From an uncultured delta proteobacterium (GTDB lineage Bacteria > Myxococcota > Myxococcia > Myxococcales > Myxococcaceae): a stretch of DNA of 64,000 bases. The stretch spans positions 96,001 to 160,000 of the forward strand of contig CAVZMH010000003.1 of the NCBI GenBank assembly GCA_963776345.1, written 5' to 3'. The position numbers and the translations under genes were made by a program. The notes under the pieces are model-generated. The model worked only from the letters and a program-made list of their open reading frames with translations. It was not told the origin of the DNA and ran no database searches. Positions 26,653-36,619 of this stretch are shown piece after piece; the stretch's first letter is position 1; each line of letters starts with the position of its first letter.

Positions 26653-27136
26653 GCGGCGCGACGCCGCGGACCTTGCCGTGGTCGCCGTTCTGCGGCCCCT
26701 GGACGAGCCGTGGCTCGCCGAGCCGCCGCAGGAGGCCCCGGAGCTCGTGCTGCTCGGTGGGATCGAGGACTCCGAGGACCCTCTCGCCGGCGCGGAGCAC
26801 CAGTGGCTCGAGCTTCCGGTGCCAGCGCCGGCCGGCGGGAGTCAGGGTGACCAGTCGCCTTCGCTGGTCCAGGGGGTCGAGCGCCCGGGCGGTGAGCCCC
26901 CGGCGGTCCATCTCGTCGAGCAAACGGGAGATCCCTGCCGGGTGCTGGCCGGTGATCTCCGAGAGGTCCTTCTGGGTCGCTGCCCGCCGCTCCACGAGAC
27001 GGGCGGCGACGATCCAGGCCCCCATGTCCTCACCGCGGTTTCCCAGCTCGTGGCCGGCCGCGAGGTAGAGGGCCCGACGGGCCTTGGTGATCAGGCGGGT
27101 CAGCTCGGGCAACAGAGTTGTGCCTGCGCTCTGCAT
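26570..27136 (-). CDS. MarR family transcriptional regulator (3' end uncertain)
   Basis: TQKDLSE..ISRLLDEMDRRGL..DPLDQRRRLVTLTPAG; overlaps the convergent gene by ~80 nt. Confidence 0.88.
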   Translation of the reverse strand: MQSAGTTLLPELTRLITKARRALYLAAGHELGNRGEDMGAWIVAARLVERRAATQKDLSEITGQHPAGISRLLDEMDRRGLTARALDPLDQRRRLVTLTPAGRRWHRKLEPLVLRAGERVLGVLDPTEQHELRGLLRRLGEPRLVQGPQNGDHGKVRGVAPLSAAQVWGDGRRTRTGRRRAAPRPTAR

Positions 27137-27188
27137 GGCGGTCCTCACGCTGGAGATCTTCCCAAGAGGACACCCGGGGGACAATTCG

Positions 27189-27204
27189 TTGCGTGAACAC
27201 GCAA
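27189..27204. promoter_or_regulatory. Palindrome TTGCGTG-AA-CACGCAA upstream of marR (candidate autoregulatory site)
   Basis: Perfect 7-bp inverted repeat in an AT-rich intergenic region. Confidence 0.5.
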
Positions 27205-27241
27205 TCGATTCGATCGACTGCCTCCACTCCTCGCCATCCGT

Positions 27242-27868
27242 TCAGTGGTCGAAGAAGACCTCGGGCCCGCGGGCAACCCGGCGGACGAGCAGGCGCACCG
27301 CCCAGACGCCCAGCCAGCCCCCGATGACCAGCCCGAGCGTGGGGTCCACCCAGTGCCATCCGAACAGCGAGATGCACCCGGCGCCGACGAGGCCGGCCAA
27401 GGTCATCCCGCCGTCGGAGATCTCGTGGGCCAGGGCCGCCCGGAAGGAGAAGTGGGTGGTCGCGGGCTTGCGGAACAGCAGCGCCGAGCAGGTGTTCGCC
27501 CCGAGCCCCAGCAGCGAGACCAGCATCGCCGCGGGGTTGGGCGGCTCCTCCGGGGGGTGCAGCAGGTGGTCGGCGCTGATCCATGCCACCCATCCGGCGA
27601 TGGCCACGACCATCAGCAGCACGATGACCGCGCCCAGGTCCTCGCTCGCCCCGTGCAGGCGCCCCGGGGGAATCAGCAGGACCAGGAAGATGCCCAGGTG
27701 GGCCAGGAGGTGAACGGCGTCGGCGAGGAGGAACAGGCTCCCGCTCGCACCCGAGGAGGCGAGCTCCACGCCGCCCGCGAGCACGGTGATGACCGCCGCC
27801 AGCGCCACCCGCGAGGGGGGCACGTGCGAGAGGTGGTGGTGGTGCTCGTGGGGAGGGTGCGAACCCAA
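27242..27868 (-). CDS. Cation diffusion facilitator (CzcD/ZitB-like), TM domain only
   Basis: His-rich N-terminus; SLFLLADAVHLL; RAALAHEISD; WVDP. Confidence 0.8.
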   Translation of the reverse strand: MGSHPPHEHHHHLSHVPPSRVALAAVITVLAGGVELASSGASGSLFLLADAVHLLAHLGIFLVLLIPPGRLHGASEDLGAVIVLLMVVAIAGWVAWISADHLLHPPEEPPNPAAMLVSLLGLGANTCSALLFRKPATTHFSFRAALAHEISDGGMTLAGLVGAGCISLFGWHWVDPTLGLVIGGWLGVWAVRLLVRRVARGPEVFFDH

Positions 27869-27914
27869 GCCGCGGAGCTATATGCCAGGCCCGCCCCGGA
27901 CGCTCGAAACTCGG

Positions 27915-29567
27915 TCACCGTCCCGAGGTCTCCGCGGCCAGCCGGCGGATCCGCGCCTCCGCCGGACGGAGGTCGAAGGGGATGCCGAAGACCTTCGCGA
28001 CCTCCTCGGGCTGTGGCTTGTTCCCCTCGGCGACCAGGGCCCTGATGAGCCGCCCGGCCTCGGGGCTGCCGTACCAGTCCGGGCCGAGCCTGCTGCGCAT
28101 CCCCTCGGACATGAGATGAGCGAGGGCGAACGCCCTCGCGTAGTCCACGGAGTAGAAGGTGTCGTCCACGTCGGTCCGGAAGCGGAGCGCGTCGCTCTCC
28201 TCCATCGGGACGGCGTAGGCGGTGGAGAAGACGTCCTGGTACACGGCCATCGGGTCGCCGGTGGGCCGGTCGTAGAGTCCCTTCCAGAGCGCGGGCGAGC
28301 CGCCGTGCAGCACCGACTCGTAGACCAGCTTCGCGTATGCGTACCGGCGCAGGTAGTAGAGCTGGTACAGAAGCTGGAGCCGCGAGAGATCGCGGATGTC
28401 CTGGTCGCTCATCAGCGGATTGGCCCGCCTGGCCTCCGCGTTGTGCACCTGGACGAAGCTCCGGTACCGCCGGAGCCACACCGGGTCCGCCCAGGCGTAC
28501 CGGAAGACCTCGCCGAGGCCCTCGGTGAAGACTCCGGGCCCGAGCTGCTGGAACTCCCAGACCTTGGTGGTGGTGTTGGCGAAGATCACCGCGTGGCCGC
28601 CCTCGTGGAAGAAGACCCCGAGGCTGTCGAGGCCGGGCAAGGGCTTCACGTTGATCCGCACGTCCGAGGGCACGTGGATGCCCCAGCACGCCGCGCGCGG
28701 CTCCTTCAGCGGATGGGTGGAGTCGTCCACCCGGACCTCGGTGCCGGCCACGGTCTTGAAATCGATGCCCATGCCGCCGAGGAACGCCCGGAAGGACGGC
28801 ACCGCGATGTCCGCCGGGAAGAAGCGCTCCAGCCGTGGCGCCTTGAACAGACGGCCGAAGTCGCTGCGGCGAAGCTGCGAGGCCGGAATGCCGAGCTCGC
28901 GCTGGGTCACCTCCTGGAGCAGCTCCCGGAAGAGGCCGTCGGTCGCGTCGAGGAAGCGCTTGCCCTCGACCATGAACGGGCGGAGCTGGACCCGCCGGCT
29001 CTCCTCCGAGAGCTCGACGTACGACCGGTAGCCCAGCTCGCGCGCCAGCCGCTGGGCGGTGGCCTCCTTCTCCGCCAGGATGGGGTTGAGCACCGTCCTC
29101 CAGATTTCGGCGCGGGCCTTCTCGATCTCCGCCCGCCGGCCGGCGTCCTGCTCGTCCGCCACCAGGAGGTCCAGCTGCTTGTAGGGGACCGGGTCCTTCA
29201 GCCACGGAAGGCGAACCGTCGCCTGCAGCGCGGCGTTCTGGGCCCGGTCGTCGAACCGCGAGGTGGCCTGCGAGAGGAACTCGCCGGCGAGGTAGGCCTG
29301 GAGGAACTCGCGCGCCCGTCTCTCGTCGGGGGAGCCGCCCGGCGCCCGTGCCGCCTTCCGCACGCGGGCGATCGACTCCCTGGAGAAGAGCCGGTCGTGC
29401 CCGAGGTAGGTCTCGGCCTGGATGCTCGTCTCGCCGACGGTGGCCGTGTACCACTGCAAGGTCTGCTGGATGCGGACCAGGGCCTCGGCCTCGGCCCGGA
29501 GGTTGGCGAGCGGGTCTGGTCCCGCGGCCAGGGTGAGGCCGGACACGGCCAGGAGCGGAGCGAGCAT
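27915..29567 (-). CDS. Secreted gluzincin (M3/M32-like) metallopeptidase-like protein
   Basis: Signal peptide; KEPRAAC; FFHEGGHA (HExxH) with a downstream TEG. Confidence 0.7.
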   Translation of the reverse strand: MLAPLLAVSGLTLAAGPDPLANLRAEAEALVRIQQTLQWYTATVGETSIQAETYLGHDRLFSRESIARVRKAARAPGGSPDERRAREFLQAYLAGEFLSQATSRFDDRAQNAALQATVRLPWLKDPVPYKQLDLLVADEQDAGRRAEIEKARAEIWRTVLNPILAEKEATAQRLARELGYRSYVELSEESRRVQLRPFMVEGKRFLDATDGLFRELLQEVTQRELGIPASQLRRSDFGRLFKAPRLERFFPADIAVPSFRAFLGGMGIDFKTVAGTEVRVDDSTHPLKEPRAACWGIHVPSDVRINVKPLPGLDSLGVFFHEGGHAVIFANTTTKVWEFQQLGPGVFTEGLGEVFRYAWADPVWLRRYRSFVQVHNAEARRANPLMSDQDIRDLSRLQLLYQLYYLRRYAYAKLVYESVLHGGSPALWKGLYDRPTGDPMAVYQDVFSTAYAVPMEESDALRFRTDVDDTFYSVDYARAFALAHLMSEGMRSRLGPDWYGSPEAGRLIRALVAEGNKPQPEEVAKVFGIPFDLRPAEARIRRLAAETSGR

Positions 29568-29696
29568 CGATCCAGGCTAGGCCGGCGCAAGATTTGCGGA
29601 GCGGTGTGTGCAGCCAGCGGGGCCTGCGGGGCGGTCCGATCGCGAGCACCGGTCGCATCGCCCGGGGAGTAAGCTCGTCCCCGCAGGAGGTGCTTG

Positions 29697-30092
29697 ATGT
29701 CCCGCATCGCGAAGGTCGGAGACCTCATGTCCACCGCGCTGATCGTCGTCCGCGACAGCGACACCATCGGCGTGGCCGACGCCCAGATGAAGCTCGGCGC
29801 CATCCGTCACATCCCGGTGGTGGACGCGAAGCAGAACCTGGTCGGGATCCTCTCGTCGCGAGACGTGCTCCTGGCGCTCGCCCGGGGCAAGAAGTCCGTC
29901 CGGGTGGGGGAGACGATGACCCGTGACCCGGTGACGGTGACGCCGGACACGCCGGTGCACGAGGCGATCGAGCTCCTCCTCGAGCACCGCTTCGGATCGC
30001 TCCCGGTGCTCGGGACCGACGGTCACCTGATGGGCATCGTGACCGACACCGACTTCCTCGTCGCGGCCCGCGAGGCCTTCACTCCGCAGTAG
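29697..30092 (+). CDS. CBS-domain pair protein
   Basis: IRHIPVVD..LVGILS and FGSLPVL..LMGIVTDTDF; AGGAGG RBS. Confidence 0.9.
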   Translation: MSRIAKVGDLMSTALIVVRDSDTIGVADAQMKLGAIRHIPVVDAKQNLVGILSSRDVLLALARGKKSVRVGETMTRDPVTVTPDTPVHEAIELLLEHRFGSLPVLGTDGHLMGIVTDTDFLVAAREAFTPQ

Positions 30093-31455
30093 ATCCCACC
30101 CCGTTCGCTCCGGCCGCTTCCCGCGCGTCCTCCGGCTCGACCTGGCGCGCCGTCTCGCCGGTCCGGTCGAGCGCGGTCTTGAACAGCACCGGCCCGATCA
30201 GCTCGTTCAGGGCCACCGTCGCCACGGCCATCGCCGCGAAGGCTGCCCCGAACGCCGGGAACTCTCCCTGGATCCGCGCGGCGATGCCGAGCGCCAGTCC
30301 GGCCTGCGACACCAGCCCGGACCAGCTCCAGCGCCGGAGCGCGGGCGGATCCTCGGCCAGCCGGCTCGCGAGCCGCCCTGCGCCCCATGTGCACCCGGCG
30401 CGCGCCACTGCCAGAGCCAGCGCAGCCGGCCAGAGCTGGGCGAGGAGCGGCAGGTTCAGGTGGGCGCCCGCGCTGGCGAAGAAGATGACGAAGACGATCT
30501 CTCCCAACCGGTCGATGGCGGCGAGGAAGCGCTCCCCCTGGGCCGAGAGGTTCTGCACCACGAATCCGGCGGTGATGAAGATGAGAAGCCAGTCGAACCG
30601 CAGGTAGTCCAGGACCTGGGTCATCACCAGGCCCAGGGCCACGAAGACCAGGACCAGCTCGCGCCCCACGAAGCGCAGGTAGGCCGCGAGCAGGAGCCCC
30701 AGCGTGGAGCCCAGCGCCACGCTCCCCAGCACGTCGTGCCCGAGCTCGCGGAAGGAGCGGAGCGAGAGCGGCGTCCCCGGCTCGATGAGCGGGCGGGCGA
30801 CGGTGAAGACGATGGCCAGGAGAACCACCACCACCACCTCGGAGGTCATGACGAACCCCAGGGTGAAGGTCGCGAGCGGGCCTTTCGCTCGGGTCTGGGA
30901 GAGCACGCCCAGCGTCGCGGCCGCGCTCCGGGTGAGGGCCATCACGCCCCAGAGCAAGGAGACGCCGAGCACCCCGGTGAGCGGGAGCGCGGCGGCGAAG
31001 GGGAGGAGGGGACGGAGGGCGAGGAAGGCCCCGGCCATCAGGAGGAGGACCAGGACGTTCTGGACCAGCGTGGCCCAGAGCAGGGAACGGGCCACCAGGC
31101 GTAGCATCGCCACCCGCAGCTTTGCGCCGCCAGCCAGGGCGATGAGCGAGAGGGCGAGGGCGTTGATCGGCGAGAGGTCCTGGACCGCCTGGTGGTCCAC
31201 CAGGTGCAGCGCGTGCGGCCCGGCCGCCATCCCGGTGACCAGGTAAGCCGTCAGGTGCGGCACGCCGAGCGGCTCGAGGACGTTCGCCACCACCGTCCCC
31301 GCGAGGAGCAGGAATCCGAGCGCGGCCAGCGCGTGGCTCCTGCCGCCCTCGCGTGTCGCGTGCGAGGCGAGGAGCATCAACCCCACCAGCACGCCGAGCA
31401 GGAGCAGCTCCACCCAGTGGTTCGCCGAACGGCGGTGCTCACCGGTGGTGCTCAC
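30079..31455 (-). CDS. Cation:proton antiporter (CPA family)
   Basis: About 12 TM helices; LGVPHLTAYLVTG, FFASAGAHL, LVSQAGLALG, NELIGP; GTG start overlapping the upstream stop. Confidence 0.85.
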   Translation of the reverse strand: MSTTGEHRRSANHWVELLLLGVLVGLMLLASHATREGGRSHALAALGFLLLAGTVVANVLEPLGVPHLTAYLVTGMAAGPHALHLVDHQAVQDLSPINALALSLIALAGGAKLRVAMLRLVARSLLWATLVQNVLVLLLMAGAFLALRPLLPFAAALPLTGVLGVSLLWGVMALTRSAAATLGVLSQTRAKGPLATFTLGFVMTSEVVVVVLLAIVFTVARPLIEPGTPLSLRSFRELGHDVLGSVALGSTLGLLLAAYLRFVGRELVLVFVALGLVMTQVLDYLRFDWLLIFITAGFVVQNLSAQGERFLAAIDRLGEIVFVIFFASAGAHLNLPLLAQLWPAALALAVARAGCTWGAGRLASRLAEDPPALRRWSWSGLVSQAGLALGIAARIQGEFPAFGAAFAAMAVATVALNELIGPVLFKTALDRTGETARQVEPEDAREAAGANGVGSTAE

Positions 31456-32693
31456 GCGGCGACCTCCACCGCGGGTTGCGATCCGGTCTGGGCGGTGGCC
31501 TCGCCGGCCCGACGCAGCGCCGACTTGAGGCCCAGGGGGGCGACCAGCTCGCCGAGGAGCGCGGCCGCCGCGGCCGAGACCAGCACCGTCTCGCCGACCC
31601 GGCCCGGAAAGCGAAGGGCGAAGGCCAGGCCGATGCTCATGCTGGTCGGGCCGCACGCCATCAGCCCGGGAATGAGGGGTGGTCCGGCGCGCCGCAGCGG
31701 AGGACAGACCAGAGCGGCGCAGGCCGCCACCACTCCCTTGGCCAGCAGCCGCGCACCGAGCACGGTGGGGATGAGCCAGGTGAGAAAGGGAACCTCGCTG
31801 ACGTCGATGCGCGCGCCGGCGAGCAGCAGCGCGGGGAGCCGCAGCGGGAACTCGGCCGGGAGCACCAGCGCGCGGATGGCCTGGCGGTGGCGGGACACGG
31901 CGCTCAGCCCCAGACCCATGCAGAACCCGACGGTGAGGACGGCCAGGTCCGCCCGGACCGCCAGGCCGATGGCAACCATCGAGGTGCCGAAGAGGAGGCC
32001 CCAGAGCGAGCGGGAGCGGAACTCGCGCGAGACCAGGAGCGCTGCGAGAAGCCCGATGGCGGCTCCGAGACCCACCTGCCCGGCCCAGAGCACGCCCGGG
32101 TGCGCGGCCCAGCGAAACCCGGCGGGCGGCTCCAGGGTGAAGAGCGCACCGCACACCAGGAGGGGGCCGAGGTCGTCGGCGTCGGAGATGTCGAGCAGGA
32201 GCTCGGTCACTGCACCGCTCGCCTTCGCCCGGTCGGCCACCCAGCGCACCGCGTGCCGGGTGGTCTCGGCGCACGCCGCCCCGATGCCTCCGGCCTGGAT
32301 CCAGCTGGCGGTGTCCTGCCACCAGACGACGCCTGTCGGCTGCAGCCGCCGAAACAGGACGAAGGTCGCGCCCGCCACCACGACCATCGTCAGCACGCCG
32401 GCCAGCGTTCCGCCGAGGAGGCGCATCGGCGGGATGCGCCGCCGATCCACCCACCCGTAGTCCAGCCCGACGATGAGGGCGAGCCACCCGAGCCCCACCT
32501 GTGCGAGCGGGGTGAAGACCTCGAGCAGACCGGGAGTGACGACTCCCAGCACGGTGGGGCCGAGCAGGAAGCCGACCAGTACCGGCTCGGACCCCGAGGC
32601 GAGGCCGTGCCGCCGCTGCCCCCGGCGTCCCACCAGCACGCTCCCGACGAACGCCGCGGCGATCAGGCCCATCAGGGCCAAGAGCGTGTTCAT
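31452..32693 (-). CDS. Second, divergent CPA-like membrane transporter
   Basis: GFLLGPTVLG, GLGWLALIVG, DADDL; multi-TM; probable start MNTLLAL. Confidence 0.7.
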   Translation of the reverse strand: MNTLLALMGLIAAAFVGSVLVGRRGQRRHGLASGSEPVLVGFLLGPTVLGVVTPGLLEVFTPLAQVGLGWLALIVGLDYGWVDRRRIPPMRLLGGTLAGVLTMVVVAGATFVLFRRLQPTGVVWWQDTASWIQAGGIGAACAETTRHAVRWVADRAKASGAVTELLLDISDADDLGPLLVCGALFTLEPPAGFRWAAHPGVLWAGQVGLGAAIGLLAALLVSREFRSRSLWGLLFGTSMVAIGLAVRADLAVLTVGFCMGLGLSAVSRHRQAIRALVLPAEFPLRLPALLLAGARIDVSEVPFLTWLIPTVLGARLLAKGVVAACAALVCPPLRRAGPPLIPGLMACGPTSMSIGLAFALRFPGRVGETVLVSAAAAALLGELVAPLGLKSALRRAGEATAQTGSQPAVEVAA

Positions 32694-34165
32694 CCACGGT
32701 CCTCGCTCGCCGGCTGACCGAGCGTGATGCGGGCGTCGCGAAGCGCGGTGGCCACGCGCTGCCCCAGGTCGGGGTGGATGCCGGAGACCTTCCAGCGCGC
32801 GCCCCCGGCGTCCAGGGACAGGAGCTCGGCCCGGGCCCCGGAGGCGTGGGAGCCCGCCGCCTCGAGCAGCACCGACTCGACCCGGGCCTGGTCCTCCGTG
32901 CTGCCCACCACGACCTCCAGCGACCGGCGGGCCACCGCGCCGAGCGCCCGCGCCGGGTGGAGAAAGGCCACCAGATGGGGGATGCGCAGCTCGGCGCCCT
33001 CGGGGTCCTCCAGGTGGACCTCGAGGAGCGTCACCGCGCGGACCTGTCCGCGGCGGCCACCGAGCTCCACCATCTCCCCGGTCCGGAGGGTCCGTCCCAG
33101 CACCGTGGGCAGCCCCACCGCGACCGAGGCGAGGAGGGGAACGGCCCCCAGCGCCAGCGCCAGGAGGACCGCCGTCGCCAGCCACGAGAGGGCGCCCGCG
33201 TCGCCTCCGGTGATGAGCGGAGCGGCGAAGAGGATCGCCAGCACCACCAGGGCGCCGCGCAGGAGCACCCCCACCGGCCGCGCCAGGTCGGCGGAGATCC
33301 AGCGGACGTGCGTCTCACCCCGGGCGATGCTGTCGAAGAAGAGTCGCAGGGTGCGGACCACCAGGGCGACCACCAGGGCGAGCAGGGCCGCCACGGCCAG
33401 CATCGGCAGGGCGGCCCCGATGCGGCCGAGGATCGCCGCTGCCGGATGCAGCACGGATCCGGTGAGCCGGGCGCCGGTCTCGCGCGTGGCGGCGAAGAGC
33501 GAGAGGACGAAGAGTACCCAGACGTAGAGCACGACGAGCTGAAGAACCCGGACCCCGATGCGCAGGCCGAGCCTCAGGGCGCCGCTGACCACCCGGCGGC
33601 TGGCGACCTCCACGCTTCCCACCCGCAGCGCCCGGACGCGCTCCCGGTCGGTGATCAGCGCCGCCACGAGCTGTGCGCCGAGCCGTCCGACCAGCCTCAG
33701 GGCGAGGAAGGCGAGCAGGGTGATGAAGACCGCCAGCGAGACCGAGAAGACCGATTCCTGGATCTGGAGCCTTCGCCGCTCGGCCTTCAGCGCCGCCTCG
33801 ACCCGCTGGCCGGCGGCGGCGGCGTACAGCGCGAGGTCGGACGCGCCATCCTCGCGCGCGTCGTCCGGACCCAGCTCGAGGATGGGCATGGCGCCCACCA
33901 GCAGCGCCACCCCCTGCTCCCGGGGCTCGAGATGCACCGCATCGGGCCCGGGCTGCTCGAGGAGGTGCGCCAGGGCCTCGGTCGCGTCGTGGGCGCGCGC
34001 CTGGGGCGGATGGCCGGAGAGGGGCGCCCGGATCTCGAGGACTGGCCGCTCGCGGATCCGGACCACCCCGGGAGGAGGAGTGTCGGGCTGTTCCTCGGGC
34101 GCCGCGCCCGCCGCCACTCCGGCGACGAGGAGGATCAGCGCCAGGGCGGAGGTGCGGGTGCTCAC
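32690..34165 (-). CDS. MscS-family mechanosensitive channel with an N-terminal periplasmic domain
   Basis: Signal peptide; TM helices; LRTGEMVELGGRRGQVRAVTLL..LRIPH. Confidence 0.75.
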   Translation of the reverse strand: MSTRTSALALILLVAGVAAGAAPEEQPDTPPPGVVRIRERPVLEIRAPLSGHPPQARAHDATEALAHLLEQPGPDAVHLEPREQGVALLVGAMPILELGPDDAREDGASDLALYAAAAGQRVEAALKAERRRLQIQESVFSVSLAVFITLLAFLALRLVGRLGAQLVAALITDRERVRALRVGSVEVASRRVVSGALRLGLRIGVRVLQLVVLYVWVLFVLSLFAATRETGARLTGSVLHPAAAILGRIGAALPMLAVAALLALVVALVVRTLRLFFDSIARGETHVRWISADLARPVGVLLRGALVVLAILFAAPLITGGDAGALSWLATAVLLALALGAVPLLASVAVGLPTVLGRTLRTGEMVELGGRRGQVRAVTLLEVHLEDPEGAELRIPHLVAFLHPARALGAVARRSLEVVVGSTEDQARVESVLLEAAGSHASGARAELLSLDAGGARWKVSGIHPDLGQRVATALRDARITLGQPASEDRG

Positions 34166-34354
34166 GGCGGGCTGGAGCGTTCTCGTGACCGGGCGTGGGG
34201 TCAAGCCCCTTCACGCCGGTGGGGAGCCGATCCCGGCCGATGCGGACCGTCCGGCGGATGATCGACGAATGCCGTCGGTTCGCGAACATGCTCCCGCTCG
34301 GGATACCGCGCGCCTTCGCCCCGCCGCCGACGCAGGCCAGCCGAGCTCATCGGC

Positions 34355-36550
34355 TCAGAAGTAGAGCGCCACCGTGGCCCGGAGGTTGATCGGGTTGCCG
34401 GGCGTGAAGTGGATGTCGGTCACTCCCTTGCCCGCGAGGCCCGGATCGTCCCGTCCGGCGACGTACGAGTCGTTCGCGAACTGCGCCTCGCGCCAGCTCG
34501 TGTTCAGCACGTTCTCCAGCACCATTCCGACCTCGAGGAAGCGCCACCGGTAGGCCGCGGTGAGGTCGACGACGAAGTAGCCTTGGGCCTGGAGGCCGTT
34601 CGGGTCCTGGGTCGCGGGGCGGCTCCCGACCCAGCGCGCTCCGAGGCGACCGCGCCAGCCCGCGGGATGGAGGACGCTGAGCCCCGCCTGCCCGGTGAGG
34701 CTCGGCGCCAACGCCACCGCGCTGCCGTTGCCCTGGTCCTTCGTGTACGCCGCATGCGCGAGGGTCAAGTCGAAGTCGGCCCACATCCACGGGAGGATCC
34801 GGAAGCGCGCCTCGAGGTCGACACCGTACCGGTCGGTCGGGTCGGACGCCTCCACCGTGCCGTCGTCGGCCACGAAGACGAACTCGGACTGGAGATGGAT
34901 GACCCAGAGCGCCGCGGCGAGGTCCAGGCGGCGATCGAGCAGTGACAGTCGGGTCCCGATCTCGCCGCCCCAGGCCCGGGGCAGCGCGCCCACGCCGTCC
35001 TGCGCGACGACGGCCCGCGCGTCGTTGCTGTGAAAGCCTCCGCCGGCGTCCAGGTACAGGTCCCAGCCGGTCACCGGGGTGATGACGGTCTGGAGCTTCG
35101 GGTTGACGATCCCCCGCTGCACCACCGAGGTTCCCTGGTTGGGCAGCGCGCTCGGGTTCGGGCTGGTGTTGGTGACGTTCCACTCGAAGAGGTCCCCCCG
35201 CACCCCGAGCACGACGCGCAGCCACCGGGTGAAGCGCACGTCCTCCTGCAGGAAGGCGGCGAGATCGGACTGCACCACGTCGTCGAGGGCGCAGGGATTG
35301 AGCGCGGGCTCGCCCACCGGGGCGCAGTTCGAGAGCCGCACCCGCTGCTTGACGTGCCAGAGGCCGACGCTCGTCGAGTCGAGCCGAGCCTGGGCGCCCA
35401 GGGTGGTCACGGTCCGGATGTCGCCGAGGTCGACCCGCCGCCGGTACGTGGCGTTCAGGCCCGCGTAGACCCGCGCATCGTCCTGCTCGATCTCGTCGAA
35501 GTTCGCCTGGTCACGGAGCTGGAAGGTGAAGTCGTTGAAGAGCGTGAGACGGTAGCGGACCAGGTATGCGGTGATGGCGATCTCGTCGGTGTCGGACGGG
35601 CGGCTCTCGACGGTGAGCGCGAGCATCTGGCGCTGCGTCTGGCCGCCCTCGGTCGGGTCGATCGCCCCGAACCGGTCCAGGTGCCGCGGGTCCGACTCGG
35701 GCAGGTCCACGAACCGGGCCGGGATCTGCCCGCTCGAGCGCCACTGTGAGCCGTAGGCGCTGGCGAGGATGCCGAGCCGCGTCGACGAGGAGATCTGGAG
35801 CGTTGACTTGAGGAGGAGGTTGTAGCGGCGCAGGTCCTCGCCGACCAAGAACGGGCCCTGCGTGCCGTAGACCTCCGCTGCCATCCAGGTCGGGTTGGTG
35901 GCGCTCCCGGTCGTACCGATGCCCAGCACGCGCCAGGTCTCGAACGAGCCGTAGGTCGCCTGCACCGAGCTCTCGGCGAAGCTCCGCCGGGTCCGGAGGT
36001 TCACCGCTCCGGCGGTGGCGAAGTCGCCAACCTCGACGAAGTAGGGGCCCTTCAGGACGTCGACCCGGTCGATGACCTCCGGGATGAGGAAGTGCAGGTC
36101 GGCGTAGCCCTGGCCGTGGGCGTGGGAGGGTAGGTTGACCGGGATGCCGTCGACGGACAGGGCGACGTCCGTCCCGTGGTCGGCGTCGAACCCGCGGAGG
36201 AAGAGCTGGTCCGCCTTTCCACCCCCCTGGTGCTGGGCGATGACTAGGCCCGGGACGACCCGGAGGATGTCCTCCGGGGTCGCGTAGGGGCGGAGGCGGA
36301 GGTCCCGGTCCCGGATGCTCTCCGCCGACGCCGCCGAGGTCGGCGCGGGAGCCTCGATGGTCGTCTCGTACGTGCCCGGCCGCGCCGGGGCGTCGGTGGC
36401 AGCCGGCGTTCCACGAGAGGGTGCCTGCGGGGCGGCTGACTGCAGGGCGGGCTCGGGCAGGTCTGGCGAACGGGTGGCAGGCTGGGCGCGCGCCGCTGCG
36501 CCCAGGAGCAGGAGGGTGAGCCCACAGCTCACCCGGACGGATCGGGGCAT
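34355..36550 (-). CDS. TonB-dependent receptor (probably for a metal)
   Basis: QHQGGGKADQLFLRGFDADHGTD, NLPSHAHGQGYADL, KGPY plug motifs; C-terminal F. Confidence 0.93.
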   Translation of the reverse strand: MPRSVRVSCGLTLLLLGAAARAQPATRSPDLPEPALQSAAPQAPSRGTPAATDAPARPGTYETTIEAPAPTSAASAESIRDRDLRLRPYATPEDILRVVPGLVIAQHQGGGKADQLFLRGFDADHGTDVALSVDGIPVNLPSHAHGQGYADLHFLIPEVIDRVDVLKGPYFVEVGDFATAGAVNLRTRRSFAESSVQATYGSFETWRVLGIGTTGSATNPTWMAAEVYGTQGPFLVGEDLRRYNLLLKSTLQISSSTRLGILASAYGSQWRSSGQIPARFVDLPESDPRHLDRFGAIDPTEGGQTQRQMLALTVESRPSDTDEIAITAYLVRYRLTLFNDFTFQLRDQANFDEIEQDDARVYAGLNATYRRRVDLGDIRTVTTLGAQARLDSTSVGLWHVKQRVRLSNCAPVGEPALNPCALDDVVQSDLAAFLQEDVRFTRWLRVVLGVRGDLFEWNVTNTSPNPSALPNQGTSVVQRGIVNPKLQTVITPVTGWDLYLDAGGGFHSNDARAVVAQDGVGALPRAWGGEIGTRLSLLDRRLDLAAALWVIHLQSEFVFVADDGTVEASDPTDRYGVDLEARFRILPWMWADFDLTLAHAAYTKDQGNGSAVALAPSLTGQAGLSVLHPAGWRGRLGARWVGSRPATQDPNGLQAQGYFVVDLTAAYRWRFLEVGMVLENVLNTSWREAQFANDSYVAGRDDPGLAGKGVTDIHFTPGNPINLRATVALYF

Positions 36551-36596
36551 CGAGTCCCCCTCGGCGGACGGTGGAACGACCGGCAGACACTGGGCG

Positions 36597-36615
36597 GCGC
36601 GGGAGGGTCCCGCGC
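36597..36615 (-). promoter_or_regulatory. GC hairpin between the leader ORF and the TonB receptor gene
   Basis: GCGCGGGA-N3-TCCCGCGC, 4 nt after the leader stop codon; no U-tract. Confidence 0.45.
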
Positions 36616-36619
36616 TGCG

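Noticed and set aside
30079..32697. 872-aa antiporter ORF (similarly 22663-24882, 44531-46588 and 48804-51302)
   Set aside because: N-terminal extensions are off-frame read-through across the upstream gene. The true starts overlap the upstream stop codons.
34166..34354. Riboswitch upstream of the MscS-antiporter operon
   Set aside because: Only a generic GC hairpin (~34192-34227); I could not match c-di-AMP, cobalamin or NiCo consensus elements.
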